NCBI GenBank assembly: GCA_951406725.2
Contig: OX597814.1
Span: forward strand, 47,244,001 to 47,308,000
DNA from: Octopus vulgaris
Taxonomy: Eukaryota
Reading direction: 5' to 3'
DNA: 64,000 nt
Part shown: piece by piece, positions 40,272-54,339 of the stretch
How the letters are laid out: each line of letters begins with the position of its first letter
Position numbering within the stretch: position 1 is the stretch's first letter
Notes under the pieces: model-generated
Database searches by the model: none
Told to the model about the DNA's origin: nothing
The model's input: only the letters and a program-made list of their open reading frames with translations
Translations under genes and position numbers: made by a program

Positions 40272-40660
40272 GGCATAGGAGTGGCTGTGGGGTAAGTAGC
40301 TTGCTTACGAACCACATGGTTCCGGGTTCAGTCCCACTGCATGGCACCTTGGCCAAGTGTCTTCTACTATAAACCTTGTGAGTGGATTTGGTAGATGGAA
40401 ACTGAAAGAAGACCGTCATATATATATGTGTATGTATATGTTTGTGCGTCTGTGTTTGTCCCCCCAACATCACTTGACAACTGCTGCTGGTGTCTTTACC
40501 TCCCCGTAACTTAGCGGTTCGGCAAAAGACATCGATAGAATAAGTATTAGGCTTACAAAAAATAAGTCCTGGGGTCGATTTGCTCGACTAAAGGTGGTAC
40601 TCCAGCATGGCCACAGTCAAATGACTGAAACAAGTAAAAGAGTAAAAGAGAGTAAAAAAG
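40272..40660 (+). mobile_element. SINE family A
   Basis: Near full-length copy. Confidence 0.85.
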
Positions 40661-41979
40661 TATGTAAATGAAATTATATAATACATTACAGGAATGGCTG
40701 TGTGGTAATGAAATTCACTTTTTAACCACATATGTATGTTTGTGTATGTATGTGCATGTATGTGTGTATGCATGTGTGTGTGCATGTGAATATGTGCATA
40801 TGCAAATGATTATTCCTGTAATATTTTTTTATGCAATGCAGCAAGCAGGCAGAAACATTACTGTTCCGGAAAAAAAATGTTTATTCTTCCAACTTTACTT
40901 TCTAAGTTCAAATGCTCCCAGGGTCAACTTTGCCTTTCATCCTTCCAGGATTGATAAAATATGTACCAGTTGAACACTGGGGTCAATGTAAATGAACTTA
41001 CCCCTTCCCTTGAAACTGCTGGCCTTATGCCAAAATTTGAAACCAATATTTTGTACTCTAAGCAGTACATTCTGTATCTTGGCAATATAATGTGTATAAA
41101 TGAATGGAATTAAAATACCTTACTTGTGAAACAAGTAATGTTGGTGACAGGAAGTGTATCCAGCTGTACTACCTCAATATGTCTCACTCAGCCCATTCCA
41201 GCATGGAAAAGTGTGACTCAAAAACAACAATGATGAGAATGATGATGATAATTATATATGAGTAACAATAGGAACTGTGGGTCATGCCTTTGCCCTTTAG
41301 CTGACTACCTGCTTGCCATAGGTCTGCAGAGAGTTTGTTAGATGTTGCACAACAACAGCAACTTTTGTATATCAATCATTGATTCATCATCATCATTTTT
41401 AACATGCACCTTGCCATGCTTGCATGAATCAGACGAAGTTTATTGAGGCAGATTTTCTACTACCTTCACTTGTTTCTAAGCAAGGTAACAAATGTATGCA
41501 TGTATGTAAATGTATGTATGTAGGTAGAAAGATAGGTAGGCAGGTAGGCTTGCTTGGATGTTTGGGTGCAGATGTGGCTGTGCGGTTAAGAAATTTGCTT
41601 TCCAACCATATGGTGTTAGATTCAATTCCACTATGTGGCATCATGGGCAAGTGTCTAGCTATTAGCTATTTGCCATTTTTTTCCCTCCTGATGAAGGAAG
41701 CTGGTCTTATGGTAATGTCTCTATGTGACCATCTACTGGTTGCACGTCCATGACTTTTTGCACATTCTGTCAGCTAATTATGAACATTTTGAATATTACA
41801 TAATTCTGAGCTCCCAGAAACAACTATCAAGTTTTAAAAAAAGCTATGCATCCTCTCCTTAGTTTTCTGTATTTGTCAGTAAATATAAGTATCCATATGC
41901 TAGTTCATATGTGTTTATCTTCAGAATATATCCAGTTTTTGTATCTGTATCCCTATATATATCTATATGTATGTATAAC

Positions 41980-42455
41980 GTGCTTGAGAAGAAGACCCAT
42001 GAAGCCAAGTGAAATCATAGTCGTGGAAGATATTTTTTTCTTTATTGCCCACAAGAGGCTAAACATAGAGGGGACAAACAAGGACAGACAGGGATTAAGT
42101 TAATTATATCGACCCCAGTGCGTAACTGGTACTTATTCAATCAACCCTGAAAGGATGAAAGGCAGAATTTGAACTCAGAACGTAATGGCAGACTAAATAC
42201 TGCTAAGTATTTCGCCTGTCATGCTAACAATTCTGCCAGCTTGCTGCCTTCATCGTGGAAGATATTGGCGTCATGGTAACTGACACCCATGCCAGTGGCA
42301 CATAAAAGCACCCATTACACTCTCAAGGGCATCCAGCTGTAGAAACCATGCCAAATCAGACTAGAGTCTGGTGCGGCCCCTCAGCTTACCAGCCCTGCTC
42401 ACACTGTTCAACCCATGCCAGCATGGACAAAGGGTGTTAATGATAATGATGATGT
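41980..42455 (+). mobile_element. RTE 3' end interrupted by a minus-strand SINE B (42037-42250)
   Basis: tcgtggaagatatt occurs on both sides of the SINE. Confidence 0.75.
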
Positions 42456-43559
42456 ATATTTATACGTGTTTATCTGCAGCACAATTTTTCTGCCTGTCTA
42501 CCTCTCTAAAAAAAAAAAGCATTAAATCATTTGCCTATTGAATATTTACTTTCAAGTATTATATATATATTTCTGTTGGGCTTGTACTTAGATCCTCCTT
42601 ACATGTCGTTAAAGTTAGAAAAGATTGCAAAATGAAGTTGAAGGAAAATTTTCATAAAAAATGCCTTTTAAATATATCAGTTTTATATATAACGGTTTTG
42701 CCGTGTGGGCAACATTAATATTCCTCATTGACTAAATCTTTGCAGAGGACTTGCTTTGAGCATACAACTTGCTGCTATGGCTAATACACAAGGGAGTGGA
42801 TTTTCGACAATTGCTTTTATTTCACAAACAGCAAATGTGTTTGCATATTGGAGTGGGAAAAGAAAAAAATCAGTGTGTAAATGCAGTTCTCTATTCAGTT
42901 ACAGACTTTATTACCATTCATAGTTATATTCATAATGCTTTGATCATTCTTGCATGCACATAAACATAACATGTGTATAACGTCTGGCACATCCAACAAC
43001 TAAATGATACGATTTAAAAAAAAGTAAAAAAACATTGGGATGAATATAGCTTGATATTGTGTGCATGTGTGTGTGTGTGTGCATATTTATATTTTTAATG
43101 TAAACTGACAATACTACAGGAGTTACTTTAATAGTTTAGCTTTTCATACCAAAGCATTTATCAGAATTTGGTAAGTGCAATGCCACAAAGATATATAACT
43201 TCTGCAGCATTATATGTACACCATTTTATGTATTTTATGTATTGAATCCTCTGTTTGTAAACTAAATGTACTACTTATAAAATATACATGATTACCCAAC
43301 CAGAGAGGAAGTTAACAAGAAAGAGGGCTAAAACATGTGCTGCTGTAAAGGAGATACATGGTTACCTAGCTGGAGAAAAGAGCAAGAGAATGAGAGAGCG
43401 AGAGAGAGAGAGAGAGAGATCAAAAATGAGGGCAGAAACAGATGTGCTGCTGTAGAGGAGATACATGGTTACCTAGCCAGAGGGAAGAGCAAGAGAAAGA
43501 GAGAGAGTGAGGAACAGGGATCAATCAGAGTACAGATGGAATGGTATATATATATATAT

Positions 43560-43595
<36 letters not shown>

Positions 43596-44367
43596 GGATA
43601 GAGAGAGAGAGAGAGAGAGATAGATAGATAGACAGACAGATTTACACAGAAGATAGAGAGCAGTGTAGGGTCAGGGACATACTAAATCAAACAAGCTTGA
43701 GCTGGCATGGATGATTATGTTTGATATATATATATATATATAAGTATGTGTGTTGAGACATATGGCTTGGTGATTAGAGTATTGCATTCATGATTGTAAG
43801 ATTGCAGTTTCAATTCCTGGGCCAGACAATGTGTTGTGTTCTTGAGCAAAACACTATAGTTCATCCTACTCCAGTCCACTCAGCTGACAAAAATGAGTAA
43901 TCCTACAACAGTTAGGCATCCTGTTCTGTCCATATGCCACAGAATTTAGGAAACTGACCTTATGAACCTTTAGCTCACTGACCTTATGAACCTTATGAAA
44001 TTGACCTTATGAACCTTGTAACAAGGTGGATTTTTATTGAATTGGCGGTGAAATTCATGTTTCACTTGCACAATCAATTTGCATTTCTCAAACTGCAGCA
44101 CACAAAAAGACTTTTCTTATGGCATTGCCATTTTCTAAGGGGTTACACAAATGAAAATTATACAACTTTAAATAAAATGAACAAAATGAAACATTAAAAC
44201 AAAATTAAAATATTATTTTATTTAAGGCTTAATTCAATTGATCATGTTCAGCTGTAAACTTTAAACCTTTCCCTATTAAAAAATATGTAGAATATGTTTG
44301 TGTCTCTTACCGTTTGTTTTAAAAAGAAATTTGAAATCTATTCTTTCTTTTTGAATAAACCTGCTAG

Positions 44368-45127
44368 CAGTTGAGGGAACCTTTGGAAGAGGTAGATCCA
44401 GGAAGACCTGGGATGAGGTGGTGAAGCATGACCTTTGAACTTTAGGCCTCACCGATGCAATGACTAGTCACCAAGACCTTTGGAAACATGTTGTGCTTGA
44501 GAAGACTCAGCAAGCCAAGTGAAACCATAACCCGTTGCCTATGCCACCCGTGTAACCAGCCCACTTATGCGTACCTTTCCTTCATTGGACACTAAACTCT
44601 GCTTGCGAAGACCTGTTGAGGCATGTGAAATTGAAATCAAATTCAATGACTGGCATCCGTGCCTGTGGAGCGCTAAGAGCACCATCCGAGCGTGATCGTT
44701 GCCAGAGCTGCTGACTGGCTTCCGTGCCAGTGGCATGTAAAAAGAACCATTCGAGCGTGATTGTTACTAGTGTCACCTTACTGGCATTTGTGCCGGTGGT
44801 ACATAAAAAAACATTCAAGAAAGGTCGTTGCCAGTGCTGCTGGACTGGTTCCTGTGCAATTGGCATGTAAAGAACACCATTTGAACATGGCCGTTGCCAG
44901 TACTGCCCGACTGGCTCTTGTGCCGGTGGCACATAAAAGCACCCACTACACTCTCGGAGTGGTTGGCGTTAGGAAGGGCATCCAGCTGTAGAAACTCTGC
45001 CAGATCAGATTGGAGCCTGGTGCAACCATCTGGTTCACCAGTCCTCAGTCAAATCGTCCAACCCATGCCAGCATGGAAAGCGGACATTAAACTATGATGA
45101 TGATGATAATGATGATGATGATGATGA

Positions 45128-45128
<1 letters not shown>
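44368..45128 (+). mobile_element. RTE LINE 3' end (ORF C-terminus + UTR array)
   Basis: VEGTFGRGRSRKTWDEVVKHDL*TLGL, ~64-bp tandem units, (GAT)n tail. Confidence 0.88.
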
Positions 45129-45173
<45 letters not shown>

Positions 45174-46579
45174 CACTTATAATTATGATTGACTTTATTG
45201 TACATTTTCACCACAAACATTTGTCAAACTCATTAAGTATTATTGTTGTACTAATGATCAAATTGTTGGTGATATTGAGTAGTAGATGAGTGTAAATTAC
45301 TTTTAAAGATCTCCTTATATTTCTGGTCCAATATAATTTGCTCTTCTAGCATCTTTACCAAAAGGTAATGGCTTTAGCAGGTAAGTGTCGAAGTTGAAAC
45401 CAATAATTGTATGGCATTTATTTGGTTAGTTTTGAGTTTGATTATGTCTTTAATTATTTTAGCGATATCAGGTTGAAAAATAGGAAAAAGAAATGTGTTC
45501 ATAAATTATTAGATTTTAATGTCTGTTGGATAGAATTTCAGGCTTAAAACTTCAGCCTGTGTGGAAGCCATTTCCGTATCTTAATTAACCATGAAGCCAG
45601 TAGATTTCTGTTTGCTGAATATATTTCAGGATTCTGTACAAATGCTCTTGACTTCTCCTAAGTACCAAAGTTCTTTGATTCAATTTAATTTCATCTATTT
45701 TTATCTATTTGCATTTGTTTTTTGTCTTTTTCATATACAAAATAGTTTGGCAGGTGACCTCATGCTTTATTTTTGTTTATGGTTTTGTTATCCTGTTCTC
45801 TTTATTCTTATGGTTTTAGATTTACAAAGTGAATAGAAGAGAACTATAAAGGAAGCAACATTTTACTCCAAAGGAGTATCAAATAAGAAGCATGAATAAG
45901 AGATAGAATGTTCATCTCAGATAAAATTAAATGGTTACTTTTACTATATCAAGAAGCACTTATATCTAAACATGAAAACATACTGTGAAGGCTTGGATTT
46001 TTTTGTTTTTTTTAACAAAATGTCCAAAGCTCTGATAAAAGTGTTATCTCCAACAACAAATTTGCTGGTATTATTGTCAATAGCCGAGTGCTGGGTGATA
46101 GTGGTTGAGGAAATCTCACTGTGGCAGAAGAATAGCATGTGAGATGTGAGGAGTGATGAAGTCTGATATGATAACAGAATGTTGAGCCTCAAAAGCTGAG
46201 AGAAGGTATAACAATCTAACCCATACCAACCAATATGATAAAACAAATATTAAAACAGTGATGATGTGCAGGCAAATTTTATGCTCTAACTGCATAATTG
46301 GTGATGTCTAGCCCCAGATCAACCTTTGGATGAGCAGAGCTAAAATCATGCATGACCATCTCATCCTTTTGTATATATTGTCTAATGTACTCTTTATTTT
46401 TTAAGACACTAGAGTTTGATTTGAGGAAAATTTGGCTGCTACTTCTAGCAATTTAAGTAGTTGCATAGAGGCTGCCTTTTTCATTCATCTAAGTCCATTA
46501 AGGCTCTGTTTTAGTTCTCATTTTAGATCTTAATACTTTTGTAATAGCAGGGCTAGATGATGTTAAAAATTCTTATGGT

Positions 46580-49240
46580 TTTGTTCTTGCTACAGAATCC
46601 TCATTTCCTTCAAATATCCTTCTATGGATATAGTAAATTTTAAAATATGAACTGCTTAACTTCATTCTTTTTCTTCTATTAACTTTTAACTCTTTTAAAT
46701 CAGTTACAGTTTCCTTATAACATATCTTTGTCCACTTATATCTATTCATATATCAAATACCCATATTTTGTGAATCCTCATTTAATTCTCATTTCAGTTG
46801 TTTAGAGCTTATCTTTGACTTACTCCCCTCTTTTGACCTCGATATAACAGGAAAGGCCTCAGAAGTGAACTTTTATGATGCCTACAGTATTCTAAATGCT
46901 TTTTTTCTGAACTCATTGTTATTTGTCATCTTGTGGATAATTTCTCTATGCATATGTATGGCTCTCACAAGCCATTCATCTATACCTACGTTTTTTGGCA
47001 ACCTTCAAATTTCAGAGTGTTGGATCCTGTCAAAAGCTTTCTCTAGGTCAATTAATATTATATATATTGCTTATCCTTAACTCTAAGAAATCTTTTTGTG
47101 GTTGTTTTACTAGAAAGATAGAGTACCAGTGGTATCTTGTCCTGGCACAAATCCAAACTACGTTTCCTCTAAGCTAATTCCTTTTCTTAAAAAGTACTTT
47201 AACTCTTTCTGTTACTTTCCTAACCTGCTTCTTAAGTTTAATGTCTGTACTATCAGGTTGAGTAAAAGGTAAGCAATGTTTTGACCCATGAAGAATTTGT
47301 ACCAGATTTTTGCAGAGTTTTGAATTTTTTTTTAAACATTTTTTGCAATTGTCTTATAATACAGACATAGACTTACCCAAATGCATCAATAAATTAACAT
47401 TGATATTTTTTGCACCGTTGTTACACTCACCTGAAATGGAACTGTCAAAGTGTGATATTTGAGCAATTGTGCTATTCAACTTCACAAAAAGGATGTAAAG
47501 CAGCTGAAACTGCTCAAGATATCAACAAAACTTTTTGTGAGGAAATGACCAGTGAGTGGTCAGCTCTAAAATGGTTTAAACAATTTTGCAGTGGCAACCT
47601 GAGACTTGAAGATCATGAGCATAGTGGACTCCCATCTGTCATTAATGACAGTTAATTAAAGAGCGTAATTGAGAAAGATTGATGTAAAACCACTTGAGAA
47701 CTGGCAAAATAACTTCAAGTTAGCCAGAAAACTGCCTGAAACCATCTGCATGTGATCGGAAAATCAAAAAAGCTCGACAAATGAGTACCATGCAATTTGA
47801 ATGAAAATCAGAAAATGCGCAGATTTGAAATTTGCTCACCACTTCTTCTCCATAACTAAACTGATCCATTTCTCGACTATATTGTAACTTGCGATGAAAA
47901 GTAGATTCTGTACAAAAAAAACAAACTCCTAGACTGGTCATCAGAAGAGGGCCAATCATTCTTTATGACAATGCTCGACCACACATTTCACTAATGACGC
48001 TCCAGAAGTTGAGGGAACTTGGCTACGAAGTTCTTCTCCACCAAACTTATTCCCCAGACCTTTCTATTATCAGCTACCACTTTTTCAAGTACCTTGATGG
48101 TTTCCTGCAAGAGAAAGAGTTAAAAAATCAAGCCGATGCTGAAAGTGCTTTTAAAGAGTTCATCAGCTCCAGAACTCGAGATTTTTATGTTACCGGAATA
48201 AACAAACTTGTAATTTGTTGGCAAAAATGTATTGATTGCAATGGTACTTACTTTGATGAATGAAATTTCTGCATTGTTGAAATATATCGTGACGAATTCC
48301 ATGTTTCAAAACGTTGCTTACTTTTTACTCAGCCTGATAGTTTCATTCTAGAGTCTGTTCTCTGCTCATGTAGAAGCCAATGATACTGCTATACCTGTCA
48401 TTGGTTCTGAAACTTTCCTCTATTACCTGATTGACTATATGAGCAATTAAAATATACCTTACTTCACCAGATATTTTCAATGGCTTTTGTTTCTGCACAA
48501 ATATTTATCATACCAATCTATACAAATTCATGCACATACACGCACTCACACACACACACACACACATTATTCATATATATATATATATATGAGTCTACAT
48601 ATCGTGGGGTTATTATTTTGTTCATACTTTCTCAATTCATTCTGAGTCCCTAATATAGTCACACCCTTTTTTTTTATTTGTCTTAATGTCGGGTCAAGTG
48701 AGTGCATTGGTTTTCTTTCCTTGTACTTACAACAGCATTCATATATTCTTTCTGCTACCTTACAGCTCTTACCTCTATATAAGTCGTGATAGTCTTCTTG
48801 CGTTTACCTTTTAAGTGTCTCAAATGGTATGCAGTGTTTCTAGTTTTACAGTATTTTTGTATTCATTTGCCATCTATGCAATTGTTACTACCACAGGTGC
48901 CCTTTAGATGGATAGGTCTTAACTGATTTAATGGATCTATCTTGTTTTACAATTGCTTTAAAATTTCTCTTCATTTAACATGTTCCTGAATTTATGAACT
49001 ATTTCATTTTTGGAAGTGGTATCAATATACATTACTTCTTGAAGTTGTTGCTATTCCCTGATTCTGCTTTGCCTACTTTCTTACTTATTCTTTTTAATTT
49101 ATCCCATGACTTTACTTAATTTGCATAATTTATTATGATGTTTTCTAATTTTTTCTTAGCTATTTTTGTACACCCTAAAACTTGATATTTAGATATTTAT
49201 TTTTCTGTTTTGTGATAAAGCAGAGATCCCATTGACTAAA
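46580..49240 (-). mobile_element. Highly decayed RTE-like LINE interrupted by a mariner
   Basis: FGFVPGQDTT and DLEKAFDRI at ~47020-47165; outer limits uncertain. Confidence 0.6.
47253..48337 (+). mobile_element. mariner transposon with intact TIRs and an internal deletion
   Basis: TA|tcaggttgagtaaaaggtaagcaatgttttga ... tcaaaacgttgcttactttttactcagcctga|TA; IVTCDEK*ILY, YDNARPH, HQTYSPDLSIISYHFF, WQKCIDCNGTYFD. Confidence 0.95.
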
Positions 49241-49319
49241 TGTCGACCATGGGTTTCATAAAATGTAAATGGAAAAGCTGTAGTTCCTTATTTATTGTTG
49301 CTAGCCAGAAACATTACAG

Positions 49320-49342
<23 letters not shown>

Positions 49343-49351
<9 letters not shown>

Positions 49352-49603
49352 TAAATTAGAGACAAAACCACTATTAGGCAAATCATACAATGAAAAACTT
49401 AAGCCAATACATAAGATTATTTAATTTATATTATTTAAATATAACAAAATTATTAAAAAAAATATAATTAATATATCACAAATTTTTTTATAATTTTGTT
49501 ATATATTTAAATAATATAAATTAAATAATCTTATGTATTGGCTTAAGTTTTTCATTGTATGATTTGCCTAATAGTGGTTTTGTCTATAATTTAATATAAT
49601 ATA
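49343..49603. repeat. Long AT-rich palindrome, ~118-bp arms
   Basis: gacaaaaccactattaggcaaatcatacaatgaaaaacttaagccaatacataag and its reverse complement; the block lies between (TA)n tracts. Confidence 0.92.
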
Positions 49604-49677
49604 ATATTTTACTATAAAATTGGATTCAATCCTAAATCTGATTTTTCCCTGTAAGTTTGGCTTTATTCCCTAATATT

Positions 49678-49717
<40 letters not shown>

Positions 49718-52700
49718 CCATAATTAAGTATTCCTTATTAGTAAATGGCATACACTATATAGTTAAAACAACCTTGCAAAACAATATCAACAAAAAAGAT
49801 CACCTAACTTCATTCACCAGAGAATCAAATTCATAGTAGACAACTCACCCAAACACCCCAGCGATAGTTGGCTCATCTTAGACACATGAACTGCAAATAA
49901 TGCAAAAAACAAAACTAGCTATGATGTCATAATCACCATTGAAGAGGATAATCTGCAAAAAAAGATTTAGAAAAAATAAGCAATTTTGGAGTTGCAACAC
50001 TCATGCCTTACCTGAGAATATTTGAAGCACACACTTGTAAATGAAAACAGTGTTCTGTATTTAGTTAAGTGGGAACTTAGTTTTTGCCTGTATTGTTTGT
50101 GTCTTCTGGACAACATAATTTAATGTGTCAACAGATTATGTGGCAAGAAATACAAAAATATTTATTACTTAGTCTGATTGTAGAGCTGTGAAAATCAAGA
50201 TGCTGGGTGAGACCAATTCAGTTAATATTTAATGTCAGTTGTTGAATGTTGGTATGAACATGCGGAACTGAAGATGATTTTTGTACAAAGCGGACTCCTT
50301 TTTTATAAAGATGTTATCGTCAGAGTATTGCAGTAAATAGTCATTACAAAGTAAGCCTTGCAGAACTTGCCAGTTCCTAATTCTAACTCTAATAACCCAT
50401 AACAGCTGACTGGTGCATGCATGAACTTCATATTGCTGCCAAGACCAAAGAGTCAGAAAAGATAAAGCTCATCTGAGTAATAACGAAGAGGAAATATATG
50501 CAGGGAGAGAGTCTAAAAGAAGAAGGATTAAGCCATACTTATTTGCTGAAAGGTTTGGGAAATGAGGAATAAAATAAAGCTTTTGGATGGAAGATAGGTG
50601 AATGCATATAATGAATTGAGGATAATATTAAAATAGCAAATTCAGAAAAGCCAATGCTATCGCAGATGCAATCTGCAAAAGATAAGAAATAGCTTGGTGG
50701 AGAAGTAGCAGATATAATTGTTTGTGACTAAATTTTCTGGCAATGTAAACATAATGTAGATATTTTCTTGAGTATATTCTAGTATTATTGTGAATGTAGT
50801 GGAACATGTGAGAAATATTTCAATCCCACTCTATGACGCCATAAGCAAGCCCCCAGATGACCAGAACCTTGTGATTGAATTTGGTAGATAGAAACCGAAA
50901 GGAGCTTGTTGTGTGTTTGTGTATGTGTGTGTGTGTGTGCTTGCATGCATGTCCGTCTTTTACATTCACAGTTCTTTGAAAATTGCTTAGTTACAAGTGA
51001 TGTCATTTTTTTTTATCAACAAATCATCCACTGGCTTTGTACCTTCAAAGACAAACTTTGAAAGTGCAAAACTTGTAAAACGGGTATGCGTCAGTGACAG
51101 GAAGGGCATCAGGCTGTAAAACAATGTCACAGTCACAATATTCACCTAATTCATGCAAGCATAGAAAAACAGATGTAAAAACAAATGAAGAAGCATAGGA
51201 ATCACATTGCTATCCACATCATCATCATCGTCATTTTTATGTTTATTATAATCATTCCTGATTCTAATAATGATTATGTGAAATGAAATTTATTTTATTT
51301 TGGTATTTATTCAGCTATTCTAAAATTTATACTTTCTTTGTATTTAATAATTTAATTTTTTTTATTTATTATTTTACCAAATAACTTACATAGTTTCTGT
51401 ATTTCCAACTTGGATTTTCTTACCTAATGAGTTGTTCAAAAGTTGCTATACATGTCTACTGTTGCCCAGAGCCACTTTTAGCCATATTGGCACTCTAATA
51501 TGCAAGAGTTACTACTTGGTTGCCTTTAATTTAATTTTGCAGTAATATTTCTTTCAGTAGGTTGGGAATTTGCGCTAATAATTCTGGCTCTAATGGGCAG
51601 CAATCTCAGCCTCTCTCTGCTTCAGCTCCATTTTCATCTAATCTAGTACCAATGTTTTGCTTCTGGCCAGCTTCTCTGATGCTATACTTAGTTGTCAAAA
51701 AAAAGAAAAAAGAAAAAAAGATTAAAAAAATGAAAAGAACAGAAAATGTAATGTTTGATCAAGGTACTTAAGTTTCTGACACAGAACCCTTTAGGCCAAT
51801 TCTAATATATGTTTATTATTTTTTTTCTATTTCATTTTTGCCCTCCTCATAGCTAACTTGCAAAAAAAAAAAAAAAAAAAAACCAAATTAGCTGTATTAC
51901 CTTCTTTAAGACTCTCTTCCACTCTTATCATTTGTTTATACACGAATAATCACACTTATCAGCCATCTCCCACCTTATATCTCTCCATGCCTCCTATATA
52001 TCTATTTCATCATTACTAAGATACATTCCCATATTAACTCTTGAAGTCTGATACTGCCCTCAACATTTTTTTTTTTAGCTTCACTTCCTTGCTATTTCCA
52101 CATGCACTGCTTTTAATGATTACTACTATTCACAATCATTATCTTATCGAAAGTTGCATCATTAATAATGTTCAATCCTCAGCTTACAGTCTACTCACAC
52201 TCCACACCTAACATTCATTGTACGAGATGCTGTTTCCAAGTCACATTTACTACATAATCCTAATTTCTGTCAGCTCCTTATATACACAGGTTTCTTCCTA
52301 AAATTGTAAGTCATTAACTCTCCTTCTCTCTCTTTCTCTAACCTTCTCATGCTTCGTATATTGTGTTATGACTCTTTCCATGACTGTCATACACACACAC
52401 ACACACAAACCTCCCTATTATTCAGGCACACATGCACAGTGTCTTTTTTCTCTCTCTTTCTCCTATTTATCTATTTTTTACTATTCATTCTCTACCAACC
52501 TAGCATGTTGCCATCATTTTCTACATTCTCTGTGAAATACATTAAACTATTTTTTTTCTTTTCATTATCAACTAAAGAAATATACTCCTCAAATCAGTAA
52601 GAAGGCAACTTAAAAACAAGGAGAGTAACAACTGTAAATTAGAATCCTTGCACCAAGCATAAACGAGGGTCTTCATATTTATAAGATAACTTTCATGTAT

Positions 52701-52765
52701 TGCTGTTAACACCATTAATGGTAGTTGTAACATTGAACATAAAATACAGCAAAAAATAAAAAGAT

Positions 52766-52921
52766 AGGCACAGGTGTGGCTGTGTGGAAAGAAGCTTGCC
52801 TCCCAATCATATGGTCCTGAGTTCAGTCCCACAGAGTGGCACCTTGGGCAACTGTCTTCTAGTATAGCCTCGGGCCAACCAAAGCCTTGTAAGTAGATTT
52901 GGTTGAAAGAAACCCGTCATC

Positions 52922-52953
<32 letters not shown>

Positions 52954-53592
52954 ATGGCGGTGCCCCAGCATGCCCACAGCTCGTGAGCTGAAACTAGATG
53001 AAATGAAATGATATATATATATATAAAATAGGATGAACTTAATTAATTAATAAATAATTAATAATTTTACCAAGTTGTCAGTACGTTAAAAGACCTTTTT
53101 AGGTGAATTATACAAAATATTCTATAATTATGTATATAATTATAATCAAGGGTCAGCTAAGTGCCTCACCATGTACTGAATTAGAAATAGATGCTAATGT
53201 CTTTTCAACTACCTTAAAAATCTCTGAGACAATAAAACACTACTTTATGTAGGTAAAAAGTGTGTTATTGTCTCAGAGATTTTTATGGTGGTTGAAAAGA
53301 CATTAGCGTCTATTTCTAGTTCAGTACATAGCAAGGCACTTAGCTGACTCCTGATTATAATTATGTATATAATTATAAAATATTTTATATATATATACAT
53401 ATATATTTATGCATGTGTGTCTTTGTGTCTGTGTTTCTCCCTCCACCGTCGCTTGACAACCAATGTTGGTGTGTTTATGTCTCTGTAACTTAGCAGTTCA
53501 GCAAAAGAGACCAATAGAATAAGTACTAGGCTTACAGAGAAAAAGTCCTGGGGTTCACCTAAAACCCTTTAAGGTAGTGCCCCAGCATGGCT
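52766..53592 (+). mobile_element. SINE family A split by insertions in its TA tract
   Basis: 5' half 52766-52950, 3' half 53410-53592. Confidence 0.75.
53114..53386. repeat. Long palindrome, ~128-bp arms, 17-nt loop
   Basis: 53114-53241 reverse-complements 53259-53386. Confidence 0.92.
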
Positions 53593-54339
53593 GCAAAACA
53601 ATGTATTTGTATTGAGTCAGATTTACATTACTTAAAGTTTTGAGGGTGCAAATTGTACATTTTATACATACTGTTAGTTCACTGCATGTTACATCCACTA
53701 TGAAAATTTTTATCAGTACTGGTACTTTTGTATTAGCTATCTGAGAAACCAATCTGATTCCATTCCCTTTAGTCCAATTAAATGTGAAGCTTCTGTTGGA
53801 ATAGCTTTCAATCTCCAAGTTTGGCACAAGTCAGAATTTAAATTTCTTCAGAACTATAAACAAGTGGTGGATTTTTGTTGCAGTGGGAGACATATCACAT
53901 CTGTCTGTGACAAAGAAGCACTGCAACTTCCATTGTTTCATTGCACAAAAGATGAAGTATAATAGGTGGGAGCAGTTGAAAATCTCTGTTCCCCTGTGTT
54001 GTTATGTCTACCATTATTGTAGCGTATAATGAACAACCATGAATCTGGCATACTTAGGTATAAATTGATAGCCGTTATCATGTATATATATTTATGTGTC
54101 CCTCCACCATCACTTGACAACCAATGTTGGTGTGTTTATGTCTCTGTAACTTAGCAGTTCAGCAAAAGAGACCGATAGAATAAGTACTAGGCTTACAGAG
54201 AAAAAGTCCTGGTGTTGATTTCTTCAACTAAAACCCTTTAATGCGGTGCTCCAGCATGGCTATGGCTGCAAAACAATATATTTGTATTGAGTCAGATTTA
54301 CATTACTCAAAGTTTCGAAGGAGCCAATTGTACATTGCC

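Noticed and set aside
42746-42923. Open frame after a tctttgcAG acceptor (GLALSIQLAAMANTQG...)
   Set aside because: No NLE1 or other recognisable similarity; compatible with chance.
44660-44945. CRISPR-like repeat/spacer pattern
   Set aside because: The spacers are homologous to each other; this is the RTE 3'UTR tandem array in eukaryotic DNA, with no cas genes.
51424-51690. Minus-strand exon suggested by a polypyrimidine tract and GTAAG
   Set aside because: Stops in all frames; A-rich tracts are common here.
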